DNA from: an uncultured delta proteobacterium
GTDB lineage: Bacteria; Desulfobacterota; Binatia; Bin18
Assembly (NCBI GenBank): GCA_963733195.1
Contig: CAVTCR010000062.1
Coordinates: forward strand, 96,001 to 160,000
DNA length: 64,000 bases
Reading direction: 5' to 3'
The notes beneath the pieces were generated by a model. It had not been told where the DNA came from, did no database searches, and saw nothing but the letters and a program-made list of their open reading frames with translations. The translations under genes were made by a program, and so were the position numbers. Below are positions 50,031 through 58,884 of this stretch, piece after piece. Every line of letters begins with the position of its first letter. Position 1 is the first letter of the stretch.

Positions 50031-50753
50031 ATGCCTGATCATTTTGTGTTGGAAAAAGAAGGGCAGATTGCGACATTGACCTTCAATCGACCGGAGAAGC
50101 GGAATCCGCTTAACGAAGAAATCGTTCTCGAACTAGAGAATCTGCTCTATCAAGTCCGCGATGATAAAGACACTCGCGTACTGATTTTTACCGGTACTGG
50201 CAATACGTTTTCCGCTGGTGCTGATCTGTCACAGGTCAAAGGGATCACTGACCCAGCAGAGCGGCACCGCATATTCGCTCCACTGGGGAAACGACGCGTG
50301 CGCCTGATCGGGCGTGTGCTGCATACCTTAGTCAATCTTGAACAAGTCACCATCGCAGCAGTTAACGGCTACGCAGCAGGTGGAGGCTGGTCGTTGGCAC
50401 TCGCTTGCGATTTACGTATCGCTGTCGAAGAGGCAGAGTTCTGGTTTCCTGAAGTGGACTTAGGTGTTCCACTCAGCCCAGCCTCGACCTCCCTAGTACT
50501 GGCACACGTTGGGCCGGCGTTGGCAAAGGAGATCATCATCAGTTGTCGCCGTTTCAAGGCAGCGGAACTTCTCACTCTCGGCATGCTCAACCGTGTTGTA
50601 AAAAAAGCTGAGTTGATGCCAACGGTCCGTGAGTTAGCCCAGAGTGTGGCCGACAAAAAACCTTCAGCGGTCGCGATATCCAAAGCAACGATCAATACAC
50701 TGGCGATGGGTCAGTCGGTGCTGCGGACGGACATTTTTCTGGAAAGGGAATGA
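50031..50753 (+). CDS. Enoyl-CoA hydratase/isomerase family protein
   Basis: NRPEKRN, FSAGADL, GGGWSLALACDLR, PEVDLG; RBS aaggag before ATG 50031. Confidence 0.9.
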   Translation: MPDHFVLEKEGQIATLTFNRPEKRNPLNEEIVLELENLLYQVRDDKDTRVLIFTGTGNTFSAGADLSQVKGITDPAERHRIFAPLGKRRVRLIGRVLHTLVNLEQVTIAAVNGYAAGGGWSLALACDLRIAVEEAEFWFPEVDLGVPLSPASTSLVLAHVGPALAKEIIISCRRFKAAELLTLGMLNRVVKKAELMPTVRELAQSVADKKPSAVAISKATINTLAMGQSVLRTDIFLERE

Positions 50754-52084
50754 TTATGGATTGGCAACAGGAATACAACCAACGCCTGACAACCGCCGAT
50801 ATTGCCGTGAAGGCCGTCAAATCTGGTGATCGTGTCGCAATTCCCGTGTACTCAAACCCGTCGCTTATTGCTGGTGCGCTGGCGAATCGACTCGATGAAT
50901 TAAAAGGCGTCACCATCCTGATCGGTGCCGCAGCCTCAGATTTGCCGTGGTACAAACCAGAAGCAGCCTCAGCTTTTATGATCGAGCCGTGGTACACGAG
51001 TCCGTACTTACCGAAACCGATTCGCCAGATGGTCAATGAGAGACGCAGCGACCATCGCGTGTGCCCAAGCGCGTTATTGAGTAAAGCTTTGGATGAAGGT
51101 CGCTCAGACACCCCTCTTCCAGATGTTGCATTGCTCGATGTTTCTCCACCGGATCACAATGGTTTTGTGAGTCTTGGCGCAGGGGTGTGGGATAAGAAAG
51201 AGTTGGTCAAATACGCCAAGATCTCGATTGCTGAGGTGAACAAGAGTTTCATCCGCACTGGTGGTGATAATTTCATCCACCTTAGTGAGATCGATCATTT
51301 TGTCGAGCTGCCAGGATCGGAAGAGTTTCGCCCACCGTTTCCAGACGTGGAACTCAGCGATACGGTCAAAAAGATTGCCGCGTTCGTTGCACCGTTAATT
51401 CGAGATGGCGATACGATCGAAGTCGGCGCCGGTAGTACTAGCGAAGCGATTGTCACTGCCGGTATCTTTTCTGGCCGGAATGACATGGGCTGGCATACCG
51501 AACGGATTCCGCGTGGCGGGGTTGCACTCGTACAGCAAGGGATTTTCAACGGGGCAAGGAAGACCCTGCATAAAGGAAAAGCCGTCGCAACCGCGGTTGC
51601 CTTTAGTCGTGAAGAACGTGACTTTGTTCACCAGAATCCGCACTTCGAGTTGTACGGTGTCGCCTATGTGAACCATCTTCGGACCATCGCGTCGCACGAT
51701 AATATGGTCGCGATCAACAACGCCTTGCGGGTTGATCTCACTGGGCAAGTGGTCGCCGATTCGTTTGGTCCGCAGATGTTCACCGGCACTGGGGGGCTAC
51801 CCGAGTATGCCATTGCTTCGGTGTACTCCAAGAATGGTCGCTCGATTGTCGTCCTGCCGTCAGTAACCTCAGATGGAAAGATCTCACGAATTGTGCCGTT
51901 GATCGAAGAAGGAAGTTTTATTACCTCGCCACGCCAGTTTACTGACTATGTCGTGACCGAGTACGGAGTTGCTCGTCTTTTTGGCAAGACACAACGTCGT
52001 CGCGCCGAAGAGCTGATCGCTATTGCCCACCCTGATTTTCGTCCGGAACTTGAGAAAGCCGCAAGGCGTGTATTCTGGCCATGA
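50750..52084 (+). CDS. Acetyl-CoA hydrolase / 4-hydroxybutyrate CoA-transferase family protein
   Basis: VSPPDHNGFVSLG, HTE, INNALRVDLTGQ, GTGG, VTEYG, LIAIAHPDFR motifs. Confidence 0.9.
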   Translation: MIMDWQQEYNQRLTTADIAVKAVKSGDRVAIPVYSNPSLIAGALANRLDELKGVTILIGAAASDLPWYKPEAASAFMIEPWYTSPYLPKPIRQMVNERRSDHRVCPSALLSKALDEGRSDTPLPDVALLDVSPPDHNGFVSLGAGVWDKKELVKYAKISIAEVNKSFIRTGGDNFIHLSEIDHFVELPGSEEFRPPFPDVELSDTVKKIAAFVAPLIRDGDTIEVGAGSTSEAIVTAGIFSGRNDMGWHTERIPRGGVALVQQGIFNGARKTLHKGKAVATAVAFSREERDFVHQNPHFELYGVAYVNHLRTIASHDNMVAINNALRVDLTGQVVADSFGPQMFTGTGGLPEYAIASVYSKNGRSIVVLPSVTSDGKISRIVPLIEEGSFITSPRQFTDYVVTEYGVARLFGKTQRRRAEELIAIAHPDFRPELEKAARRVFWP

Positions 52085-52103
52085 GAGGAGTTGAGAAGTA
52101 TCG

Positions 52104-52150
52104 CGTTTCACGCAACACGTAACACGTGATGCATAATGCGTGTTACGTGA
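52104..52150. repeat. Self-complementary heptamer array (CGTAACA/CGTGTTA family)
   Basis: cgtttca cgcaaca cgtaaca cgtgatg cataatg cgtgtta cgtga. Confidence 0.8.
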
Positions 52151-52193
52151 TCTCGTACACAAACATGACGCGTTGTTAGAAGGGGTAAAGATT

Positions 52194-53348
52194 ATGGCAA
52201 ACAAAGAACAATGTCCCGAGATTCGTAGCGAGATTCGTAAGTTTTGCAGCAAGTATGGTGATGAATACTGGCGCAAACTCGACAAAGAAAACAAATATCC
52301 TGAACAGTTCGTAGACGAATTGACAGCAGCCGGGTGGCTCGGGGCGCTGATTCCTGAGCAGTACGGCGGCTCAGGTTTGTCGATGAAAGAAGCAAGCGTC
52401 ATCCTCGAAGAGATTAACCGTTCTGGTGGCAACTCTGCGGCCTGTCACGCCCAGATGTACATCATGGGCTCGTTATTGCGTCACGGTAGCGAGGAGCAAA
52501 AACGCAAGTACCTGCCCAAGATCGCGAAGGGAGAGGTTCGGCTGCAAGCCTTTGGCGTCACGGAGCCAGATGCGGGCTCTGACACGACTCATATCCGCAC
52601 GTTCGCGAAAAAGGACGGCGATTTCTACATCGTCAATGGAGGTAAGATTTTCACTTCGCGCGTACAGCATTCTGATATGTTGTTGCTTCTGGCGCGCACA
52701 ACCCCCTACGACAAGTGTGAAAAGAAAACCATGGGGATGAGCATCTTCCTGGTCGATCTCCGTGCTGCGGGGGACACCCTTGAAGTCCGACCGATCGATG
52801 CGATGATCAATCACGAAACCAATCAGTTATTCTTCCGCGATCTCAAAGTTCCCAAAGAGAATCTCATTGGCGAAGAAGGCAGAGGGTTTTATTATATTCT
52901 CGACGGCATGAACGCCGAACGGATCTTGGTCGCCTCTGAATCGATTGGCGATGGCCGTTGGTTTATCGACCGCGCGGTACGCTATGGCAAAGAGCGCGTG
53001 ATCTTTGGTCGGCCCATTGCTCAGAATCAAGGAATTCAATTCCCTATCGCGCAATCCTATGCGCAAATTGAAGCTGCTGACCTCATGCGTTTCCGCGCGG
53101 CTGAGATGTTCGATGCAGGTGAAGCGTGCGGTCCAGAGGCGAACATGGCAAAGTTGCTCTCTTCACAAGCTGCATGGGCGGCGGCAAACGCGGCACTCGA
53201 TACACACGGTGGCTATGGCTTCGCTGCTGAGTACGACGTTGAGCGGAAATTCCGCGAGTGCCGTCTGTTCTCCGTCGCACCGATCTCGAACAATATGGTA
53301 CTCAACTACGTTGCCGAGCATGTGTTGGGGATGCCGCGGTCGTACTAG
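52194..53348 (+). CDS. Acyl-CoA dehydrogenase family protein
   Basis: IPEQYGGSG, FGVTEPDAGSD, GMNAERI, HGGYGFAAEYDVER motifs. Confidence 0.94.
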   Translation: MANKEQCPEIRSEIRKFCSKYGDEYWRKLDKENKYPEQFVDELTAAGWLGALIPEQYGGSGLSMKEASVILEEINRSGGNSAACHAQMYIMGSLLRHGSEEQKRKYLPKIAKGEVRLQAFGVTEPDAGSDTTHIRTFAKKDGDFYIVNGGKIFTSRVQHSDMLLLLARTTPYDKCEKKTMGMSIFLVDLRAAGDTLEVRPIDAMINHETNQLFFRDLKVPKENLIGEEGRGFYYILDGMNAERILVASESIGDGRWFIDRAVRYGKERVIFGRPIAQNQGIQFPIAQSYAQIEAADLMRFRAAEMFDAGEACGPEANMAKLLSSQAAWAAANAALDTHGGYGFAAEYDVERKFRECRLFSVAPISNNMVLNYVAEHVLGMPRSY

Positions 53349-53423
53349 GGGTCGAGGGCCAGGGATCAAGGGACGGTTTCTTTCGCCTGTTTTACTGACC
53401 CCCGCCCCCGTCTCCTGGCCCCT
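53348..53423. repeat. Inverted pair of heptamer arrays (GGGGTCR family)
   Basis: ggggtcg agggcca gggatca agggacg ... ctgaccc ccgcccc cgtctcc tggcccc. Confidence 0.7.
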
Positions 53424-53456
53424 TTTGCCGCTCACTACCAGAAAAGGAGGAAGTAA

Positions 53457-54485
53457 ATGAAAGTCGACACCGCATTCTTCCCTACGACATTTGACGCAGC
53501 GGCACAGCTTGCTCGTCGGGTAGAAGACACCGGTTTTGATGGATTATGGAGTGCGGAGACCAGCCATGATCCCTTCTTCCCGCTTGTCGTTGCGGCACGC
53601 GAAACACAACGCGTTAGTCTTGGGACTGGAGTTGCTATCGTGTTTCCACGCAGCCCAATGGTGTTGGCAAATATCTGCTGGGATCTGCAAGCAAACTCAA
53701 AAGGTCGCTTTATTCTTGGTCTGGGTACGCAAGTCAAAGGTCACAACGAACGTCGCTTCAGTGTGAAATGGGTATCGCCGGTAAAGCGGTTGCGAGAAGT
53801 GATTTTGTCACTGCGCGCGATCTGGGATTCTTGGCAGAATAATACGAAACTGAAATTCATCGGTGATTTCTATCAGTTCACATTGATGACGCCGTTTTTC
53901 AATCCTGGCCCGATCGAGCATCCCAAGATTCCGATTTACATCTCAGGTCTCAATCCGCAGATTACCCAACTCGCTGGTGAGCTGTGTGAAGGGTTTTACA
54001 TTCACGGGTTTCACTCAGCAAAGTATATCCAGGAGACTGTACTACCTAATCTGCAAAAAGGCTTGGCCAAAGCGGGACGGAAACGAGAAGAACTGTCGCT
54101 TATTACTGGAACGTTCATCGCCAGTGGCGCAACGCGAGACGAAGTAGAGAAAGCCAAACATCCAGTGAAGCAGCAGATTTCGTTCTATGCCTCGACGCGT
54201 ACATACAAAGGCGTGCTCGATGCGCATGGTTGGGGCGACACGTGTTATCGTCTCAACGAGAAAGCTGCCAAAGGACAATGGGCTGAGATGGCCGCAGAAA
54301 TTAAAGATGACATGTTAGAAGAACTCGCGATCGTCGGCACCTATGACGAAATCGCTAAGAAACTCGCTACTCGCTACAAAGGTGTACTCGACCGTGTCGT
54401 GGTCGGACTGGGTTCACCCGAACGACAAGATGCCGGACGATCGCGCGAATTTGTGCAGGAGATTCGCCGTTACATGGGAACGTAA
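53457..54485 (+). CDS. LLM-class probable F420-dependent oxidoreductase (TIGR03617-like)
   Basis: AETSHDPF, FPRSPM, GRFILGLGTQVKGHNERRFS, FTLMTPFFNPG, FYASTRTY motifs. Confidence 0.88.
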   Translation: MKVDTAFFPTTFDAAAQLARRVEDTGFDGLWSAETSHDPFFPLVVAARETQRVSLGTGVAIVFPRSPMVLANICWDLQANSKGRFILGLGTQVKGHNERRFSVKWVSPVKRLREVILSLRAIWDSWQNNTKLKFIGDFYQFTLMTPFFNPGPIEHPKIPIYISGLNPQITQLAGELCEGFYIHGFHSAKYIQETVLPNLQKGLAKAGRKREELSLITGTFIASGATRDEVEKAKHPVKQQISFYASTRTYKGVLDAHGWGDTCYRLNEKAAKGQWAEMAAEIKDDMLEELAIVGTYDEIAKKLATRYKGVLDRVVVGLGSPERQDAGRSREFVQEIRRYMGT

Positions 54486-54580
54486 ACGCAGAACGATGAA
54501 CGCGGAATGATGAACGGCCAATAGGGGGAAGTACAAGCTCGCCTTTTCATTCATCGTTCAGCATTCATCATTCATCGTTC
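54483..54580. repeat. Inverted pair of heptamer arrays (TGAACGA/CATTCAT family)
   Basis: taaacgc agaacga tgaacgc ggaatga tgaacg ... cattcat cgttcag cattcat cattcat cgttc. Confidence 0.85.
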
Positions 54581-54616
54581 TCTATCTCATGATTTACAAA
54601 TAAGGAGGAGCCGGGA

Positions 54617-55846
54617 ATGGGAGCGTTGACCGATAAGTATTGCATCGTCGGGGTTGGAGAAACGCCGCACATGCGACCATCAAATCGCACGACGTTATCA
54701 ATGGCGTGTGAGGCAGTAAAAAAAGCAATGGCCGATGCTGGTTTGGAACCGCGGGATATTGACGGCATGACCAGTTATCAAGCTGGAGATTCGACCAGTT
54801 CCAACCACGTCGCCACTTCACTCGGTATTCGCCTGAATTATTCACTCGACATTTTTGGCGGCGGGTCGAGCACAGAAGCACTAGTCGGCCATGCCATAGG
54901 GCTATTAGAAGCAGGTTACTGCAAAACGATTGTGATCTTCCGTTCGATGAACGGTCGTTCTGGTCGCCGCATGGGCGGTCAAGCACCAAGTGGTCCTGTG
55001 CCACCGACTCAAGCTAGCGGCGATCAACAGTTCTACATGCATTGGGGATGGACGACACCTGCGCAGTGGTTTGGCATGTCAGCGATGCGCTATTTTCGTG
55101 ACACTGGCGCAACGACAAAAACGCTGGCAGAGGTTGCTGTTGCTCATCGATACCACGCCAGTCTCAATCCGAAAGCGATTATGCGGGCGCCGATCACGAT
55201 TGAGGATCACCAACGATCACGTTGGGTGTCCAAACCGTTTCGCCTGCTCGATTGTTGCTTGGAAACCGACGTGTCCGCTGCAATGATAATCACTTCTCGT
55301 GAACGAGCCTATGATCTCCGTCAACCGCCGGTCTTCATCATGGGTGGCACCGCTCGCACGATGGCTCCGAGCCCAGCATGGAACTATTCACGTCCAGAGA
55401 TTCACTATGTCGCTGGCAATTATGGCCGTAACCGTTTGTTTGGCATGGCAGGGATCAGCCAGAAAGATGTGAATCTCATTTCTTGTTACGATGCGTTTAC
55501 CTTTACTACCATCATCCAACTCGAAGCTTACGGTTTTTGTGGCAAGGGTGAGGCAAAGGACTTTGTCCAAGGGGGGCGATTGCAGATCGATCACGAGCTA
55601 CCCTCGAACCTTTCCGGTGGGCATCTCTCAGAGGGTTACACTCACGGAATCAGCATGGTGATTGAGAACGTGCGCCAGTTGCGACATCGAGTCGATGACG
55701 CCTGTTCGCGGGCGGCAGAGGGGAAACATACCTACGATCGGAAAGCAGGCTGTCGCCAAGTGAAGAACGCGCGCATCGCGGCGTGTTTAGGTTGGGGAAC
55801 TGAGGCCACCTCTAGTTCGGTCATTTTACGAGGGATTTCGGCGTAG
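54617..55846 (+). CDS. SCP2-type thiolase-like protein lacking the N-terminal catalytic Cys (Ltp2-like)
   Basis: IVGVGET, GGGSS where thiolases have Cys, NPKA, DCCLETD, YDAFT, SGGHLSEGYTHG. Confidence 0.85.
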   Translation: MGALTDKYCIVGVGETPHMRPSNRTTLSMACEAVKKAMADAGLEPRDIDGMTSYQAGDSTSSNHVATSLGIRLNYSLDIFGGGSSTEALVGHAIGLLEAGYCKTIVIFRSMNGRSGRRMGGQAPSGPVPPTQASGDQQFYMHWGWTTPAQWFGMSAMRYFRDTGATTKTLAEVAVAHRYHASLNPKAIMRAPITIEDHQRSRWVSKPFRLLDCCLETDVSAAMIITSRERAYDLRQPPVFIMGGTARTMAPSPAWNYSRPEIHYVAGNYGRNRLFGMAGISQKDVNLISCYDAFTFTTIIQLEAYGFCGKGEAKDFVQGGRLQIDHELPSNLSGGHLSEGYTHGISMVIENVRQLRHRVDDACSRAAEGKHTYDRKAGCRQVKNARIAACLGWGTEATSSSVILRGISA

Positions 55847-55870
55847 ACTGTATCAGCCTGCCTCAGCTGT

Positions 55871-55919
55871 TACGCGCCACGAAACACGAGTATACGTAAG
55901 CGTGATGCGTGTTACGTGA
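55871..55919. repeat. Inverted heptamer array (CACGAAA/CGTGATG family)
   Basis: tacgcgc cacgaaa cacgag ... cgtaag cgtgatg cgtgtta cgtga. Confidence 0.65.
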
Positions 55920-55957
55920 TCTTCCGAGTCGATTGGCATATACAGAAAGGATTTACC

Positions 55958-56428
55958 ATGCCCGGGCCAATTGATTACAGCAAAATTGTTATCGTACCGG
56001 ATTTTGATACCGCTGAATGGTGGATGGGCACCAAGCAACACAAATACCTCGTTCGCCAATGCAAAACCTGTAGTCACAAATGGTTCCCGCCATTTCCGGC
56101 GTGTAATAAGTGCACCTCTATGGATCTGACCTGGTTCGAAACCTCTGGCAAAGGGGTTCTCCACAGCTACGTTGTGGTTACACAACCAATCCTCAGCGCT
56201 TTCATTGAGGCAGTACCCTATGTTGTTGGCCTGATTGAGTTGGACGATTGTCGTGAAGCTGACGGATCGCTTGTTCGCATCGCCGGCGTGCTCATGAACG
56301 ATGAAGAAGATGTCGCTATCGGTCTTCCGGTCGCGGTCGAATTCGAAGCAACTAAAGACCCCAACGTTGTGATTCCGCGGTGGAAAGTGAACGGGACTGC
56401 AGAAAACACTTGGAAGTTTACAGAGTAG
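55958..56428 (+). CDS. DUF35 zinc-ribbon + OB-fold protein
   Basis: QCKTC..FPP..ACNKC, SGKGVLHSYVVV, PYVVGLIEL; follows the thiolase-like gene. Confidence 0.9.
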   Translation: MPGPIDYSKIVIVPDFDTAEWWMGTKQHKYLVRQCKTCSHKWFPPFPACNKCTSMDLTWFETSGKGVLHSYVVVTQPILSAFIEAVPYVVGLIELDDCREADGSLVRIAGVLMNDEEDVAIGLPVAVEFEATKDPNVVIPRWKVNGTAENTWKFTE

Positions 56429-56458
56429 TCTCTTCATAACAGTCCTTTTCCCTCTCTT

Positions 56459-56500
56459 CGTGGCAGGAATCCTGTTCGGTCCGTATGCTTTCCTGCCACG
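56459..56500. terminator. Stem-loop after the DUF35 gene (possible terminator)
   Basis: cgtggcaggaa ... ttcctgccacg 11-bp stem; no clear U-tract. Confidence 0.45.
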
Positions 56501-56560
56501 CTCGTATTAGCTCGATCAGCCGGCAAAATCTGCCAAATACCAGTCCTGGTTACACTTTTC

Positions 56561-56587
56561 TAAAGTATTGGTCCCTCTAGCCGATGA
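56561..56587 (+). promoter_or_regulatory. Sigma28 (FliA)-type promoter
   Basis: TAAA-N15-GCCGATGA versus consensus TAAA-N15-GCCGATAA, upstream of the hybrid kinase. Confidence 0.6.
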
Positions 56588-56802
56588 GAAAAACGAGCGA
56601 GAAAATAAGATGTCGGCAGAACGCAGGTATAAACAACAACAGGGTGAGCACTAACCATTAACGAGAATAAGAACCCCGTGGCTATCCTTCTCCCTCCACA
56701 GGAAACGTCTGCGCTCGGTCCGTCTCCTCACGAGAACGACCTTCACGCTCTCACCGACCGGCAGTACCGCACTCGGCTCGCCCCTTTAGGAAGGATACTT
56801 CG

Positions 56803-58482
56803 ATGACCGACACCCTCACTCACCACCGTCCCCCCCTCATCCTTGTGGTCGACGATGGTATGACTATCCGCTTACTCGTTCGTGAGGCACTCGAACAAGC
56901 AGGTTTTCTTGTCGAAGAGGCAGAAGACGGACGGCAAGCATTAACGATGTTTCAGCATCTCACACCAGACCTTGTACTACTGGATGTAATGATGCCTGAA
57001 CTCGATGGCTTCCAAACCTGTACAGCGCTCCGACAGCTACCTACCGGGGAACACATTCCGATCGTCATGCTTACGGGCTTGGAAGACGAAGGATCTATCC
57101 ATCGGGCGTATGAAGTCGGGGCTACCGACTTCATCACCAAGCCAATTAACTGGGTCTTGCTCGGGCACCGAGTTCGGTACCTGCTCCGCGCGAGTCGAGC
57201 ATTTGACGAACTTCGTCAGAATGAAGAAGCCCTTCGTCAAGAAGTAAAAATCTCAACCACACTCGCACAAGTTGGTCGGGATCTCACCTCCTCACTTGCG
57301 ACTCCGGTCATTTTGGAGCGCCTCTGTCAACTAACAGCTTCGGTTCTTGGCTGTGAGAGTAGCCATGCATTACTATGGAACCCTGAACAAGATGCCTACA
57401 CGCCTGTTGCGAGTTGGGGCTACTCTTCGCCGCAGTGGTCCACTCTTCGGAATTTTTCTGCTCCCCGTTCGACCTTGCTTCCCTTTTTCCGTAGTTTGGC
57501 GCGCGAGGAAGTGATCGTACTCGGCGGCCCTCAATCTCAGCCAAAGATACCAGACTCCCTCCTAGCTCCTTTTGGCTTCCGTTCAGCCTTATGTTTTGTC
57601 CTTCGCAGAGGGAATGAGGTCATCGGCGTCCAAACTGTAGGATCACACGGGAATACGCCTTATTTCACACCACAACAACATCGCCTCGCGCTCGGTATCG
57701 CACAGTTTGCTGCACTCGCCTTGGAAAACGCGCGACTGCTGGAACAAGCTGAGAGTGCAAACCGTTTGAAGTCTGATTTTCTCGCAACGGTCTCTCACGA
57801 GCTGCGAACCCCACTACAGATTATTCTGGGTTACAAAGATCTCTTGTTGGAGCAGACGTTCGGCCCTCTCACGACCGAACAAATTGAGACCCTCCGGCGG
57901 TTAGAGCGGAGTGCACAGGGGCTCTTAGAACTCATTAACAACACGCTCCAAGTTGGGCGACTGGAAGCCGGACAGTTACCTGTCGATGTCAAAGATGTTG
58001 AAGTTGTTCCGCTTCTTACTGAGCTACAGAACGAGATGTGGGACTTGTTCCAACAGAGTGGATTGCAGCTTGAGTGTCATGCGGATGCAGCACTCCCATT
58101 AGTAAGTACCGACCCCAACAAACTGAAGGTCGTGATCAAAAACCTGATCGGCAACGCGATCAAGTTTACAGAGAAAGGCAAGATTCTCGTGGCCGTACAA
58201 GCCAGAGGTGAAGGACTTGAAATTGCGGTTTCCGACACTGGGACCGGAATTTCCCCAGAAGATCTTGCGGTAATTTTTGAAGCGTTCCGGCAAGGAGAAC
58301 AAAAAGTGCTCACTCGCAGACACGGAGGGGTCGGTCTTGGCCTCTATATAGTCAAGCGAATGTTAGAGCTGCTAGGTGGGCAGGTCTCCGTAGAAAGTGT
58401 CCTTGGACAGGGTTCAACGTTCCGTATTTGGCTGCCGCTGCAACGACCACCGTTGCCCATGTCGGTTCCAGCGGCAGCGTGA
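56803..58482 (+). CDS. Hybrid sensor kinase (REC - GAF - HisKA - HATPase)
   Basis: LVVDD, LLDVMMP, DFITKP; SHELRTPL H-box; NLIGNAIKFT, DTGTGI, GVGLGL. Confidence 0.93.
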   Translation: MTDTLTHHRPPLILVVDDGMTIRLLVREALEQAGFLVEEAEDGRQALTMFQHLTPDLVLLDVMMPELDGFQTCTALRQLPTGEHIPIVMLTGLEDEGSIHRAYEVGATDFITKPINWVLLGHRVRYLLRASRAFDELRQNEEALRQEVKISTTLAQVGRDLTSSLATPVILERLCQLTASVLGCESSHALLWNPEQDAYTPVASWGYSSPQWSTLRNFSAPRSTLLPFFRSLAREEVIVLGGPQSQPKIPDSLLAPFGFRSALCFVLRRGNEVIGVQTVGSHGNTPYFTPQQHRLALGIAQFAALALENARLLEQAESANRLKSDFLATVSHELRTPLQIILGYKDLLLEQTFGPLTTEQIETLRRLERSAQGLLELINNTLQVGRLEAGQLPVDVKDVEVVPLLTELQNEMWDLFQQSGLQLECHADAALPLVSTDPNKLKVVIKNLIGNAIKFTEKGKILVAVQARGEGLEIAVSDTGTGISPEDLAVIFEAFRQGEQKVLTRRHGGVGLGLYIVKRMLELLGGQVSVESVLGQGSTFRIWLPLQRPPLPMSVPAAA

Positions 58483-58654
58483 GTTCTGTTTTCTGTAACT
58501 CATAGCTCGACAATCTAATGATCTTCGCACGGCGATAAAGTCACCGTGGACAATAATAGCATCCAGTAAACGGAACTTCGAAGCTGGATTTCATCCGGCG
58601 CGGCCCTGTAATGCGGGCACTTCATGCCTGCGCAAAGGCTGTGAGGTTTTACGC

Positions 58655-58794
58655 TTACTTCACTTCGGAAGTACAATGCCCACAACGCGTTGCTTTAATC
58701 GGAATGGTCGATAAGCAATAAGGACAATCTTTCGTGGTCGGAGGGCCAGGCGAACGTTTCCTTGTACTGCGAATTTTTTAAACTCCTCCCACAT
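58655..58794 (-). pseudogene. mscL: Internally deleted mechanosensitive channel gene (N-terminus joined out of frame to the zinc-ribbon C-terminus)
   Basis: [14 protein letters not shown] (MscL N-terminal helix), then in another frame [28 protein letters not shown]; both TM helices missing. Confidence 0.75.
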
Positions 58795-58884
58795 AATGCC
58801 CCATCTTACCTAAGAGAGTTTTCTTCTCATAGAAGCATTTCGGGCAGGAGGTCAATACTAAGGAACGTGGAAGTTTCTTTCTTT

